This document shows positions 48,554 to 58,786 of a stretch of DNA of 64,000 nucleotides, one piece after another. Numbering within the stretch: position 1 is the stretch's first letter; each line of letters opens with the position of its first letter. The DNA comes from Bacteroidales bacterium (GTDB taxonomy: Bacteria; Bacteroidota; Bacteroidia; Bacteroidales; UBA3663), in assembly GCA_017618715.1 (NCBI GenBank), contig JAFZTS010000054.1, positions 37,298-101,297 of the forward strand. Direction: 5' to 3'. The notes under the pieces are model-generated. The model was not told the DNA's origin. It ran no database searches and saw only the letters and a program-made list of their open reading frames with translations. The position numbers were made by a program, and so were the translations under genes.

Positions 48554-50509
48554 ATGAAAACCAATAGTATCAAATATATCCTTGCTGCGGGTATCGTTTG
48601 CTGTGGTCTTTCCACTACGATGACATCATGTAATGATATCCTCGACGAACAGCCACGCAGCCAGTTCGACCCCACATTCTTTACCGAGAAGAAGGGTATT
48701 GAGGGAGGTTTGACATCACTCTATGCCCACCTGCGCTATATCTATGGCAATGGATATTATCTGAATAGTCTTGAGACCGGTACCGACGAATATACCTATG
48801 CACAGTCGGCGGACGGAAACTTCAAGGATGCCGACCTCTCGGGTGTGGGTTCCATGACCGCTACCAACAGTATTGCCGGCGGATGCTGGGGAACTGCATT
48901 TGCCAACATCAATACAGCCAGTGGTATCATCGAAAATGGCGGTGAGGCCGGTATCGATGCCTCTCTGCTTGCCGAGGCCTATTTCTTCCGTGCCTTCGAC
49001 TACTTTATCCTCGTACAGACCTATGGCGGCGTACCGTTGGATCTCGGTGCAGGTGAACTGATGTTCAACACCTCTACCGTTCGTACTTCGGTCCGTAACA
49101 CCGTGGCTGAGGTCTATACCAAGTGTATCTTCCCCGACCTGGAGAAAGCTGTCAACGACCTGCCTGAGAATCCTCGTCTCACGGGCACCGTGACCAAGAA
49201 CGTGGCACGCCTCTACCTGGCAAAGGCATACCTGACCTATGCATGGTGGCTTGAGAACCCCAACAACATTCCTACCTATCCCGAGTGCACCCGCGATGCA
49301 GGACAGGCTCAGAGCTACTTCCAGAAGGCTTACGACATGGCCCAGCAGGCTATCAACAATCCCGGCCCTTATGGACTGCAACCCACATTCTACGATGTTA
49401 ACGTGGCAACAAACGACCGCAACTCCGAAATCATGCTCTATGCCGATCATGACGAGAACGAGAAATATGGCAATGGCGGTAGCGGTTATGGTTACGGCAG
49501 CGGTGGCTCGCCCGATAACTTCGCCTATTGGATGACTACCTGGAACTACACCGAGATGATTGCCAAGGCTGCTTCGGGTGCCATCATCAACCCCGTTCAG
49601 CGTGAGGCCGTTCAGGCTTATGGTCGTCCTTGGACCCGTATGGCTCCTATTGCCGATAACTTCATGGAAGGTGGTGTGTGGGAAGATGCCGTTAAGGCTA
49701 TCGACTCGCGTTATGATGCAACCTTTACGCTGCGCTATCATACCAACTATCATAAGGCTGGCAGCTCGGAGCCTTACGTATTCGGTGCAAACGGCATGCA
49801 GGTAGGTCCCGATGAGATCTATTTCAGCTGGGTTCCTGAGAGCGAGGATAGTAAGATCAACTATACCGGTGCCGATGGCAAGCTGGGCTTTGGCGAAATG
49901 GCCGATCGTGCTGACTTCGTGGTAGCCGTCAACCACATCAGCCGCAAGAAGTTCCCCATCAACTGGAAGATTGGCATGTATCGTACTGACAACGGTTCTG
50001 GCCTGGGTTCGGGCAAGGTGAACGGTGGTAGTCCACGTCCCTGGAACATCGCCAAGTTCTCGGAGCTTTACCTGATTGCTGCCGAGGCTGCCGTGAAACT
50101 CAACAGGAATGCTGAGGCCCGCACATTGGTGAACGTACTGCGTGAGCGTGCCGGTAAGCAGACCTTCAGCCAGAACGACAACGTGGCTGTCAGCGTCGAT
50201 AATTCTGCCGCCATGCTGGCCGCTACTCCTGCAACGATTACCATCGACTATATCCTTGACGAGCGCAGCCGTGAGTTCTGGGGTGAGGGATACCGCTGGT
50301 TTGACCTCGTTCGCACCCAGAAGTGGGGTGAGCGTGCCACCACTTACAGTATCGCTGGAAATAACCCAACAGACAAGGATCTGGAGACCTTCACCCGTAA
50401 CATTCCTCTCGATTATTACATCCGTCCTATCCCACAGGCACAGCTCGAAGGTATGATGATGTCGAAGGAAGAAAAGACAGCCTATCAGAATCCTGCTTAC
50501 AGGAATTAG
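48554..50509 (+). CDS. susD: SusD/RagB lipoprotein
   Basis: Lipobox MTSC, AEAYFFRA, SELYLIAAEA, ILDERSREFWGEGYRWFDLVR, QNPAY. Confidence 0.95.
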   Translation: MKTNSIKYILAAGIVCCGLSTTMTSCNDILDEQPRSQFDPTFFTEKKGIEGGLTSLYAHLRYIYGNGYYLNSLETGTDEYTYAQSADGNFKDADLSGVGSMTATNSIAGGCWGTAFANINTASGIIENGGEAGIDASLLAEAYFFRAFDYFILVQTYGGVPLDLGAGELMFNTSTVRTSVRNTVAEVYTKCIFPDLEKAVNDLPENPRLTGTVTKNVARLYLAKAYLTYAWWLENPNNIPTYPECTRDAGQAQSYFQKAYDMAQQAINNPGPYGLQPTFYDVNVATNDRNSEIMLYADHDENEKYGNGGSGYGYGSGGSPDNFAYWMTTWNYTEMIAKAASGAIINPVQREAVQAYGRPWTRMAPIADNFMEGGVWEDAVKAIDSRYDATFTLRYHTNYHKAGSSEPYVFGANGMQVGPDEIYFSWVPESEDSKINYTGADGKLGFGEMADRADFVVAVNHISRKKFPINWKIGMYRTDNGSGLGSGKVNGGSPRPWNIAKFSELYLIAAEAAVKLNRNAEARTLVNVLRERAGKQTFSQNDNVAVSVDNSAAMLAATPATITIDYILDERSREFWGEGYRWFDLVRTQKWGERATTYSIAGNNPTDKDLETFTRNIPLDYYIRPIPQAQLEGMMMSKEEKTAYQNPAYRN

Positions 50510-50540
50510 TAGTTAAGTGTATATGTGTGTGTAATTGTTT

Positions 50541-50576
50541 TGCTCGGATGCTCACTCCAATTTGGGCATCCGGGCA
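50541..50576 (+). terminator. Intergenic hairpin between susD and GH115 (partial terminator or stabiliser)
   Basis: tgctcggatgctca-ctccaatt-tgggcatccgggca then ttttt. Confidence 0.65.
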
Positions 50577-50591
50577 TTTTTCATCATTACT

Positions 50592-53069
50592 ATGAAAAGA
50601 ATACTTTTGTGTGGGTTGTTCCTGGCAGCCATTTCGCAGGGCATATCGGCACAGCCATCAAAGTCAGAGTTTGTCAGCTTTTCGCCCGATTCCGAGGGAG
50701 TGCCGCTTGTCCATGCCACGATCGGCTATAGTCAGCAGGAAGATGAGGGCGTGAAGATTGCCATCCAAAACCTGCAAAACGACATGCAGGCCGTTCTGGG
50801 GGATTGCCCGTCGCTGATGGAAGGTCAGGAAACAACCACAATCCTTGTAGGTACGATTGACAGAAATCCTGCCATTGCCAAATTGAAACTGCCGGACTTG
50901 AAGGGAAATCGTGAAAAGTATATAATTACGACTGTTGGCAAACAAATCGTCATCGCCGGTAGTGACCGTCGCGGCACCATCTATGGAATATACGAATTGA
51001 GTCGTCAGCTGGGCGTGTCACCCTGGTACTGGTGGGCAGACGTGCCGATAGAGAAGCATGAATGGGCTTGTGTGAAGCCGGGGGTTTTTACGGATGGTGA
51101 GCCTGCCGTAGAGTTCAGAGGCATCTTTCTGAATGACGAGGCCCCCTGTCTGAGCACATGGGTCTGGAACACCTTCGGCACCCGATATGGTGGTCATGAG
51201 TTCTATGAGAAAGTCTTTGAGCTGATTCTCCGTCTGAAGGGCAATATGATGTGGCCTGCGATGTGGATGTGGTCATTCTATGCCGATGACCCCGAAAACG
51301 GCAAGCTGGCTGACCGTATGGGCATCATGATGGGAACTTCGCACCATGAGCCGATGGCTCGCAACCATCAGGAATATGCCCGTCGTCGTCAGGAATGGGG
51401 CCCGTGGGACTATCAGAAGAATCAGAAGAATCTGGACCGTTTCTTCCGTGAAGGTATTGAGCGCATGAAGGGTACCGAAGACATCGTGACCATTGGTATG
51501 CGTGGCGATGGTGATGAAGCCATGAGCGATAAAGCCGATACGAAACTGATGGATCGCATTATCGCCAACCAACGCAAGATCATCAAGGGAGTGACAGGCA
51601 AACCTGCCGAGAAAACCACGCAGGTATGGGCACTCTACAAGGAGGTTCAGGATTATTATGATGCAGGTCTGGAAGTGCCCGACGACGTCATGATCCTTAT
51701 CAGCGATGATAACTGGGGCGATATACGCCGTGTACCCGTCACCGCCAAGGAACGCAGTCGCAAAGGCGGTTGGGGCATCTATTATCATGTCGATTATGTC
51801 GGTGCTCCACGCAATACGAAGTGGCTCAATGTCACGCAGTCACAGCAGATGTTCGAGCAACTATCGCTGGCCTATGATTTTGGCATCCAGCGTATGTGGA
51901 TCTTGAATGTGGGTGACCTGAAACCGATGGAATACCCCATCCAACTCTTCATGGATATGGCCTGGAACCCGAAGGAATATACCCAACAGACGGTCACCGA
52001 TCATACCCGTCGCTTCTTCGAAGGAGTGTTGGGTGCTTCTGTCGCTGAGGAAGCCGCCGACATCTACAACCGCAATTGCCAGTATATGGCCCGTGTCACG
52101 CCAGAGATGCTTGATGCACGAACATATAACCTTGAGACTGGCGAGTGGCGGAAAGTGGCCGATGACTACCAACGCCTTGAAGTGCGTGCCCTACGCCTGT
52201 ATCAGGACATCTCGGATGAAAGTCGTGACTTCTATCGCCAAATCATTCTCTTCCCTGTGCAGGCCATGGCCAACCTTTACGACATGTATTATGCTCAAGC
52301 AATGAACCAACATTTGGCCAAGATGGGCAACCCGGATGCCAACGAGTGGGCCAATCAGGTGAAGCGTTGCTTTGAGCGAGACTCCCTGCTCTGTGCATCC
52401 TACAACAAAGATATAGCTGGCGGCAAGTGGAATGGTATGATGATCCAGAAACACATCGGATACACCTCCTGGAACGACGATTTCCGTTTTGACAAACTCC
52501 CGGCTACCACTGAGGTTCCCGACAACGTTTCGGGATATACTTTCCAGCATGGAGATGGATTTGTTGCGATGGAAGCCGAACATTACTATCGTGCCGAGGC
52601 CTCGCAGGGAACACAATGGAGTGTATATCCCTATTATGGACGCACACGAAGTGCTGTTGCGTTGACCCCATACACACAGCCCGTTGGCGATGCTGCGTTG
52701 ACCTATCGCTTTACTTTGCCCAAAGATACAAAGCGTGTGAAGGTACACATCGTCGTCAAGTCAACTCTCGACTTCTTGAATGTAGGTGGACATGAGTGCA
52801 TGGTAAGCCTCGATGGTCAGCAGCCGCAGACCATCAACTTCAACAAGACGCTCCTCGATCGACAGCCTTATGTGTATTCCGTATTCTACCCGACCGTGGC
52901 TCGCCGCGTCATTGAGAAAGTGGTGGAGTTTGACGTAAATGAAGGGAACTTCCACGAACTGACATTACGGCCACAGCATCCTGGGATTGTCTTCGAGAAA
53001 GTGGTGGTTGACTTTGGTGGCTATAAACCCTCCTATCTGTTTATGGAAGAGTCAAACTTACAGCAATAA
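50592..53069 (+). CDS. GH115 alpha-glucuronidase
   Basis: Start MKRILLCG; GSDRRGTIYG, GVSPWYWWAD, RGIFLNDE, GTSHHEPM, GMRGDGD, YYHVDYVG, NVGDLKPME. Confidence 0.93.
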   Translation: MKRILLCGLFLAAISQGISAQPSKSEFVSFSPDSEGVPLVHATIGYSQQEDEGVKIAIQNLQNDMQAVLGDCPSLMEGQETTTILVGTIDRNPAIAKLKLPDLKGNREKYIITTVGKQIVIAGSDRRGTIYGIYELSRQLGVSPWYWWADVPIEKHEWACVKPGVFTDGEPAVEFRGIFLNDEAPCLSTWVWNTFGTRYGGHEFYEKVFELILRLKGNMMWPAMWMWSFYADDPENGKLADRMGIMMGTSHHEPMARNHQEYARRRQEWGPWDYQKNQKNLDRFFREGIERMKGTEDIVTIGMRGDGDEAMSDKADTKLMDRIIANQRKIIKGVTGKPAEKTTQVWALYKEVQDYYDAGLEVPDDVMILISDDNWGDIRRVPVTAKERSRKGGWGIYYHVDYVGAPRNTKWLNVTQSQQMFEQLSLAYDFGIQRMWILNVGDLKPMEYPIQLFMDMAWNPKEYTQQTVTDHTRRFFEGVLGASVAEEAADIYNRNCQYMARVTPEMLDARTYNLETGEWRKVADDYQRLEVRALRLYQDISDESRDFYRQIILFPVQAMANLYDMYYAQAMNQHLAKMGNPDANEWANQVKRCFERDSLLCASYNKDIAGGKWNGMMIQKHIGYTSWNDDFRFDKLPATTEVPDNVSGYTFQHGDGFVAMEAEHYYRAEASQGTQWSVYPYYGRTRSAVALTPYTQPVGDAALTYRFTLPKDTKRVKVHIVVKSTLDFLNVGGHECMVSLDGQQPQTINFNKTLLDRQPYVYSVFYPTVARRVIEKVVEFDVNEGNFHELTLRPQHPGIVFEKVVVDFGGYKPSYLFMEESNLQQ

Positions 53070-53072
53070 ATG

Positions 53073-53112
53073 ATATCCATCAAGTTGAGTAAATGCTCAA
53101 CTTGATGGATAT
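53073..53112. terminator. 17-bp-stem hairpin between convergent genes
   Basis: atatccatcaagttgag-taaatg-ctcaacttgatggatat. Confidence 0.75.
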
Positions 53113-53131
53113 TAGCAATCCTTTAGAATCA

Positions 53132-53569
53132 TCAACTCTTGTTCGTTGGCTTGGATTTCAGTTTTTGATATTCCAGGTCCAATCCCTCTTCATACGATGT
53201 ACCTGCAAAACCGCCCCAGGTGCGGATGACCAGGCGCTCCTTGGTCAGTTCGTGGAGAGCGTAGTATTGCATATCCACACTGGCCGCTTCTTCGGCGTAG
53301 GATCTGATGCCCAACGTACCGTCGATGCCAACCTCCAGCTCGCCCCACGGGGTTTCTGAATAGGCGCCATTGAGATTTCTTTGCCACGATTTGATTTTGC
53401 CATCGTTCGCGAAATAGAGACCGGTTGAGGTTTCGAAATGCGCACCCGTATTCAGCCAATAGCCGAAGATGGGATATTTGTCGGGATTGACGATGTAGTT
53501 GTCGTCATCGCTGCTGCATCCTGCGGTTAGGAGCAGAAGCAAGGTCATCAGCAATGCTTTTGTCTTCAT
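53132..53569 (-). CDS. Hypothetical lipoprotein
   Basis: MKTKALLMTLLLLLTAGC lipobox followed by SSDDD. Confidence 0.75.
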   Translation of the reverse strand: MKTKALLMTLLLLLTAGCSSDDDNYIVNPDKYPIFGYWLNTGAHFETSTGLYFANDGKIKSWQRNLNGAYSETPWGELEVGIDGTLGIRSYAEEAASVDMQYYALHELTKERLVIRTWGGFAGTSYEEGLDLEYQKLKSKPTNKS

Positions 53570-53652
53570 GTTGTGTATGGGTTTTGAACTTGGAAATTAA
53601 TGATTTCTGTCCTTAAAGTCCAGTTCATGACGATTCCTTGCATCGTGAACCG

Positions 53653-55485
53653 TTAAAAATCGTGAAAGACCTTCTTGACCAGAGGACCTTGACGTATGAT
53701 GTAGATGCCGGCGGGGAGGTTATTGAGGTCTGTTCCGAGCGGTTGGCCGCTGAGCGAATAGACGCTGTAGGGACGGCTGAAATCGATTTCGTCGGAATCG
53801 TGGTCGGAGATGATGTCGATGCTTTCGGGAACGTAGGTGTAGCCCAGTTTGTTGTCCATCCATTCGATACGCTTGCGCATGTAGCTGCGCACATTTTCGA
53901 CCTCGGCAGCATAGCTTCCCCATATCCTGGGGTTCTGATGCACTTTCCTGTTCATGATGGGCCAACGGATGAAGTTGAGCTCCTGCGACTGTTGTAACTC
54001 CTCCTCCATCGCGTCGATGAAGGCCACGAGGTGGTCTTCATCGATGCCGTTATGTCGTGCCTTGTCCCAGATGTCGAGCAGCTGGTCTTTTGTGCTTGGG
54101 GTATAGACGATAATCTTATCGACGAAATTACGCATATTGCCGGCATAGCTTCCTCCCGAACGATAGACGTAGTCGCTCATGTCGTTGGGGTTCCTGATGC
54201 GCCCGTCGTTGTAGAAGGCGAGGTCGAAGTCCCAGACGGGCCCGGTGTAGATGGTATCGTTCGCGCGATGCTTGTACATGAAGACGCTCCAGTAGGTGTC
54301 GATGTTGCCCGAGAGTTCGCCCACGAGGAAATGGCGAAGGAAGGTGTTCAGGTCGAGGTAACGGCTCCAGTCGCTCTCCATCTTGTTGAAGTGCGACTTG
54401 ATATAGTTCTTCTGCGCGTTGGTAATGCTGTCCTCGTCGGGCGACTTGATGGAGACGGGCGTCCATTTCGAGGAATAGAAATAGGACTTGTCTCGGTCGG
54501 CGTAGGCATCAATCTCGAAGAAATAGCCTCCCGTGAGCTCGATGCCGCTGTTGTCGCGTGGCGTCATCTCCTCGATTTCTACACGATTCTTATGGACCTG
54601 CACGTGGTCGCAAAGCTGGTAGCAGCCCTTGTATTCGCCGTTGAGGAGCACATCGACGGCACGTCCGTAGGGCGTGTAGGGCATTCCGAACCGTTCACTC
54701 AGCTCGAAGGCCAAGAGGTTGCGCATCAGCGTCTTGTCGCCGTAGTTGTTGATGAGTGTCCACTTCCTGGCATGGGCGGGCGCGTCGAGCACATGCTGCT
54801 TCTTGTCGAAGTTGATGCGCCAGGGTTTCTTCGGGAAATCGCGCGAGGCGTTGCCGCGTTCGCGGATGGTGCCGGTTTCGGAAAGCAGGGGATTGCCTTC
54901 GTCGCTGATGATGGTGAATTGCCCCTCTATTTCGTGTATCTTGTCGTAGGGGATTACGCCGTCCTTCGTGTGGATGGTGACGGTGGGCAGGTTGGTGATG
55001 CGGTAGAGGTTCGAATGGTCGCCCATGCCCTCGTGCCCGTAGAACTCGAGTTCGGCAACGTGCGCGAAACTGGTCGATGGGCCTACATAGCGCACATAGC
55101 GGAACCCTTGCGAACAGCTCACCTCGGCGTAGCTCATCTCCCCGGGTTTGCCTACCTCGCTGGTGCTGTGGATGATGGCGAGGGGCAACGCGTCCATGAA
55201 GTCGGGGCTGTTGGCACCTTCGAACACGCCGAGGACCATGCGGCTGGGGACGTTGTCGCGCGGCATCCACCCTACCCTGGTGATGACGTGACGGCTGCCC
55301 AGGTCGAGGCCTCCCCATGCGTAATTCGCCTTGGTCGCAGAGAAATAGGTGGCTGGATCGCCGTCGAAGGCCTTGTCGGCGTTATTGAGGATTGTGCCCG
55401 ACAACAAACCATCGTCTGCCTGAGACATTGCACAGGCGGCAAACATTAGGAATAGCGTGATGTATGATTTGATAGACGTACTCAT
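53653..55485 (-). CDS. CotH-family kinase with discoidin-like N-domain and T9SS CTD (paralog 1)
   Basis: Start MSTSIKSY; RGNAS..FPKKPWRI, KWTLINNYGDKTLMRN, NGEYKGCY, GPVWDFDLAF; VYSLSGQ CTD; TATCTTTG on minus strand at 55513-55520. Confidence 0.88.
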   Translation of the reverse strand: MSTSIKSYITLFLMFAACAMSQADDGLLSGTILNNADKAFDGDPATYFSATKANYAWGGLDLGSRHVITRVGWMPRDNVPSRMVLGVFEGANSPDFMDALPLAIIHSTSEVGKPGEMSYAEVSCSQGFRYVRYVGPSTSFAHVAELEFYGHEGMGDHSNLYRITNLPTVTIHTKDGVIPYDKIHEIEGQFTIISDEGNPLLSETGTIRERGNASRDFPKKPWRINFDKKQHVLDAPAHARKWTLINNYGDKTLMRNLLAFELSERFGMPYTPYGRAVDVLLNGEYKGCYQLCDHVQVHKNRVEIEEMTPRDNSGIELTGGYFFEIDAYADRDKSYFYSSKWTPVSIKSPDEDSITNAQKNYIKSHFNKMESDWSRYLDLNTFLRHFLVGELSGNIDTYWSVFMYKHRANDTIYTGPVWDFDLAFYNDGRIRNPNDMSDYVYRSGGSYAGNMRNFVDKIIVYTPSTKDQLLDIWDKARHNGIDEDHLVAFIDAMEEELQQSQELNFIRWPIMNRKVHQNPRIWGSYAAEVENVRSYMRKRIEWMDNKLGYTYVPESIDIISDHDSDEIDFSRPYSVYSLSGQPLGTDLNNLPAGIYIIRQGPLVKKVFHDF

Positions 55486-55883
55486 GAAAACTGATAATTC
55501 CTTTTCGATTTGCAAAGATAAGGAATTTTACCGGGAAAGCATTCATGTCGTGAACATGTTCCCGTGAAAGCTGTACAAAAAGTGCAAAATTGCAAGGGTT
55601 AGATTGCAAAAATGTGGTTATTTGGTCAAAAAGGTTTGAATAAACCTGTTTTTCTTGAATGCGCTTGTTTTAGCAGGAACAATTGCATACATTTGCAGTC
55701 ACAAGATAGGTAAATACTCAAATTCTCTACCTAAACAAATTACTTTCATCCGCATCATGAAGCTACCAACTATACTTCTTGAATTGCTCCTGGTCGTGAC
55801 TGGCGAACATGAACAATGTCGCAAGCACGCCTTGGAGACGGATGCTCCGACGAACCTCTCTAATTTAATCCTATAATTTTATT

Positions 55884-56045
55884 ATGAAAAAGACCTACAA
55901 CACACCCCGATTCATCGTTCGGCAAGTGAAGGCGGCGGACATTATCGTCACGTCTGACCCTCAACTTACCGATGATCCTTCGGACGGTGGCCAGCAGCTG
56001 GCTAAGCCCAGGGGTGGCAGTTCCTGGGATGAATACAATCAGTAA
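55884..56045 (+). CDS. 53-aa small peptide, MKKxYNTP family (copy 1)
   Basis: MKKTYNTPRFIVRQVKAADIIVTSDPQLTDDPSDGGQQLAKPRGGSSWDEYNQ; AT-rich initiation region; TACATTTG at 55688-55695; homologous to 61903-62061. Confidence 0.75.
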   Translation: MKKTYNTPRFIVRQVKAADIIVTSDPQLTDDPSDGGQQLAKPRGGSSWDEYNQ

Positions 56046-56136
56046 TTCCCTCGAAAGAGACTATATAGTTTTCTGAATCGCCTGGAGCACCTTTGCTTCA
56101 ACAAGTTTTATTCATCATCAATTATTATCTTTTGAC

Positions 56137-58743
56137 ATGAAAAAGTTTTGTGTCGGTTTATTTCTCTTTATTTCAGCAAGCGCGACGGCACTTGCTGACG
56201 ATAACCTTTTGTCTGGTACCGTGCTCAATGGCTCGGAAAATGCTTTCGACAGCAAATCGAACACCTATTACGCAGGCTCTGCGGCGGATTACGCATGGAC
56301 GGGTCTTGATTTGGGCCAAAGCTACGTTATTACCAAGGTAGGTTGGATGCCGCGCAGCGGATATACCAGCCGCGTGCTATTGGGTGTATTCGAGGGAGCA
56401 AACAGTCCCGACTTCATGGACGCCTTGCCCCTTACCCTGATTCGCCAGGCGGGAACGGCGGGCAAAATGAAATATGCCACGGTGAGCTGTTCGCAAGGTT
56501 TTCGCTATGTGCGCTATGTGGGCCCTTCGGGAAGTTACGGCAATGTTGCCGAATTGCAATTCTACGGTCACGAGGGCGAGGGCGATATGTCGAACCTTAC
56601 CCGCATCACCAACCTGCCGACCGTCACCATCCACACCCTCAATGACGAGATTCCCTACGACAAGGAGCATGAGGTCAGAGGCCGATTCACCATCATAGGC
56701 GAAGAGAGCAGCTCATTCATTTCGGAGGAGGGTTCGTTCCGTGAACGCGGCAATGCTTCGCGCCATTGGGACAAAAAGCCCTGGCGTATCAAGTTTGACA
56801 AAAAGCAGCGCGTGCTCGACGCTCCGGCAAAGGCCAAGAAATGGACGCTCATCAACAACTATCCCGACAAGACCTTGATGCGCAATATGTTGGCATTCGA
56901 GCTAAGTCGCCGCATGGGCTTGTCGTTCACCCCCTACGCCCGGTCGGTCGATGTGCTGCTCAACGGCGAATACAAGGGCACCTACCAGCTCAGCGACCTG
57001 GTGCAGGTGAACAAGCATCGTGTCGAAATCGAGGAGATGACGCCCCAGGACGATAGCGGCGACGAGCTCACCGGAGGTTATCTGATTGAAATCGACGCTT
57101 ACGCCACGTTGGAGAAATCGTATTTTATCTCGGAGAAGAATACGCCTGTCACAATCAAATCGCCCAATGATGATTCGATCACCACGAATCAGAAAGAGTA
57201 CATCCAGGCGCATTTCAACAAGCTGGAGAACGACTGGAAACGGTACCTTGACCTGAACACATTCCTTCGCCATTTCCTCGTGGGCGAATTGTCGGGCAAT
57301 ACCGATACGTATTGGAGCGTCTTCATGTACAAGCAAAGGATGGACGATACCTTCTACACGGGGCCCGTGTGGGACTTCGATATCGCTTTCGAAAACGACT
57401 ATCGCACCTACCCCATCAACGAGAAGAGCGACTTCGTGTATCGTAGCGGAGGAAGCTGCACCGGCAATATGAAAAACTTCGTGGACGATATCGTCATCAG
57501 TAATGACAGCGCCTTCCAGATACTCACGGATATTTGGCAGGAAGCGCGTCATACGGGACTCGATGAAGACAACCTCGTCACATTCATCGACTCAATCGAG
57601 ACGGAACTGCAGGAGTCGCAAGAGCTCAACTTCACGCGTTGGCCCATCATGAACAAGAAAGTGCAGGAGAATCCCGAGGTTTGGGGCAGCTATACCGCCG
57701 AGGTGGAGAACGTCCGCAGTTTCCTTCGACAGCGTCTCAGCTGGATGGACAATCGTCTTGGAGTCGTGATTGATCCTCCCATCTTCGCCGAGCAACCTTA
57801 CTTTGCCAACGACAACAACATTTACGAGGATGACCTGAACTTGCACTTTGCCCTCAAGAACGAATCGCAATATACCTCGAATCTCAATATCTATTATTCT
57901 TTGGATGCCGACCAGAACTCTTGGAATGGCAGAAACATTTACAATGAAATGTCGTCGGGCGAAGTTCTGAACGGCAAACTGGATTTCGCCCAGACGCTCG
58001 TCGGCCTTGCCGGAGATTTGACGCCTGACAAGACCTATACGATGAACTTCTTCACCAACAAGTTCAAAACCAAGCCTTTCAACTACCCGTCTGTCACATT
58101 CACCTATCGCGACAAGCTGACGTTGGATTACAGTATCGGTGTCGCCGGCTATGGTACACTCATCCTGCCCTTCGACTACGAGCTGCCCGAGGGGATGAAG
58201 GTATTCAGTTGTCCCGGTATTGATGAGAATGGAATCTTGACGCTTGTTGAAGAAGAAAGCATTGCGCGCAACACGCCTTATATCGTAACTGCACCCGCTG
58301 GCTTCAATCATCAATTCGTTGGGCCCAAAGCGATTGATGCCGATAAGCCATCGTTCACCAGCGGCGCCCTTGTCGGCGTCGTAACCAACACCGTTCCGCT
58401 TATCGCCGGTACGGACTACATCATGCAATTGCAGAACGGCAGGGTCGCTTTCTTCAAATATTCGGGTACTCCATCGGCCAATGCTTCGGAGAATGATGAA
58501 AACGGAAACCGTCTGGCTACTCCTTTCCGCGCCTTCATGCGCCTCGATGGTGCCAACATGGCGAAGCTCTCTCTTCCCAATCAGTCCTGGGATGAAACAG
58601 ACGGCATCGAAGAGATTGGAGCCGATAGTGTACTTTCCGCCGGCATCTACTCCATCGACGGCAAGCGTCATTCAGAGCTGCAAAAGGGTCTGAACGTGAT
58701 TGTCCTCGACGATGGCACCACTCGGAAAGTGTATGTCAAGTAA
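56137..58743 (+). CDS. CotH-family kinase with long C-terminal module and T9SS CTD (paralog 2)
   Basis: RGNAS..WDKKPWRI, DKTLMRN, GPVWDFDIAF; YGTLILPF module; IYSIDGKR..LQKGLNVI CTD. Confidence 0.88.
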   Translation: MKKFCVGLFLFISASATALADDNLLSGTVLNGSENAFDSKSNTYYAGSAADYAWTGLDLGQSYVITKVGWMPRSGYTSRVLLGVFEGANSPDFMDALPLTLIRQAGTAGKMKYATVSCSQGFRYVRYVGPSGSYGNVAELQFYGHEGEGDMSNLTRITNLPTVTIHTLNDEIPYDKEHEVRGRFTIIGEESSSFISEEGSFRERGNASRHWDKKPWRIKFDKKQRVLDAPAKAKKWTLINNYPDKTLMRNMLAFELSRRMGLSFTPYARSVDVLLNGEYKGTYQLSDLVQVNKHRVEIEEMTPQDDSGDELTGGYLIEIDAYATLEKSYFISEKNTPVTIKSPNDDSITTNQKEYIQAHFNKLENDWKRYLDLNTFLRHFLVGELSGNTDTYWSVFMYKQRMDDTFYTGPVWDFDIAFENDYRTYPINEKSDFVYRSGGSCTGNMKNFVDDIVISNDSAFQILTDIWQEARHTGLDEDNLVTFIDSIETELQESQELNFTRWPIMNKKVQENPEVWGSYTAEVENVRSFLRQRLSWMDNRLGVVIDPPIFAEQPYFANDNNIYEDDLNLHFALKNESQYTSNLNIYYSLDADQNSWNGRNIYNEMSSGEVLNGKLDFAQTLVGLAGDLTPDKTYTMNFFTNKFKTKPFNYPSVTFTYRDKLTLDYSIGVAGYGTLILPFDYELPEGMKVFSCPGIDENGILTLVEEESIARNTPYIVTAPAGFNHQFVGPKAIDADKPSFTSGALVGVVTNTVPLIAGTDYIMQLQNGRVAFFKYSGTPSANASENDENGNRLATPFRAFMRLDGANMAKLSLPNQSWDETDGIEEIGADSVLSAGIYSIDGKRHSELQKGLNVIVLDDGTTRKVYVK

Positions 58744-58786
58744 TAACCTGATATATTTGTTCTCATTCACCTTATAATTCTTAATT

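Noticed and set aside
35866-55449. Long antisense ORFs (e.g. 35866-37425, 42053-43549, 47145-48545, 54031-55449)
   Set aside because: Shadow frames of GC3-rich genes, with no recognisable motifs
55757-55876. 39-aa ORF MKLPTILLELLLVVTG upstream of peptide copy 1
   Set aside because: No motif or homolog in the window; cannot be separated from chance
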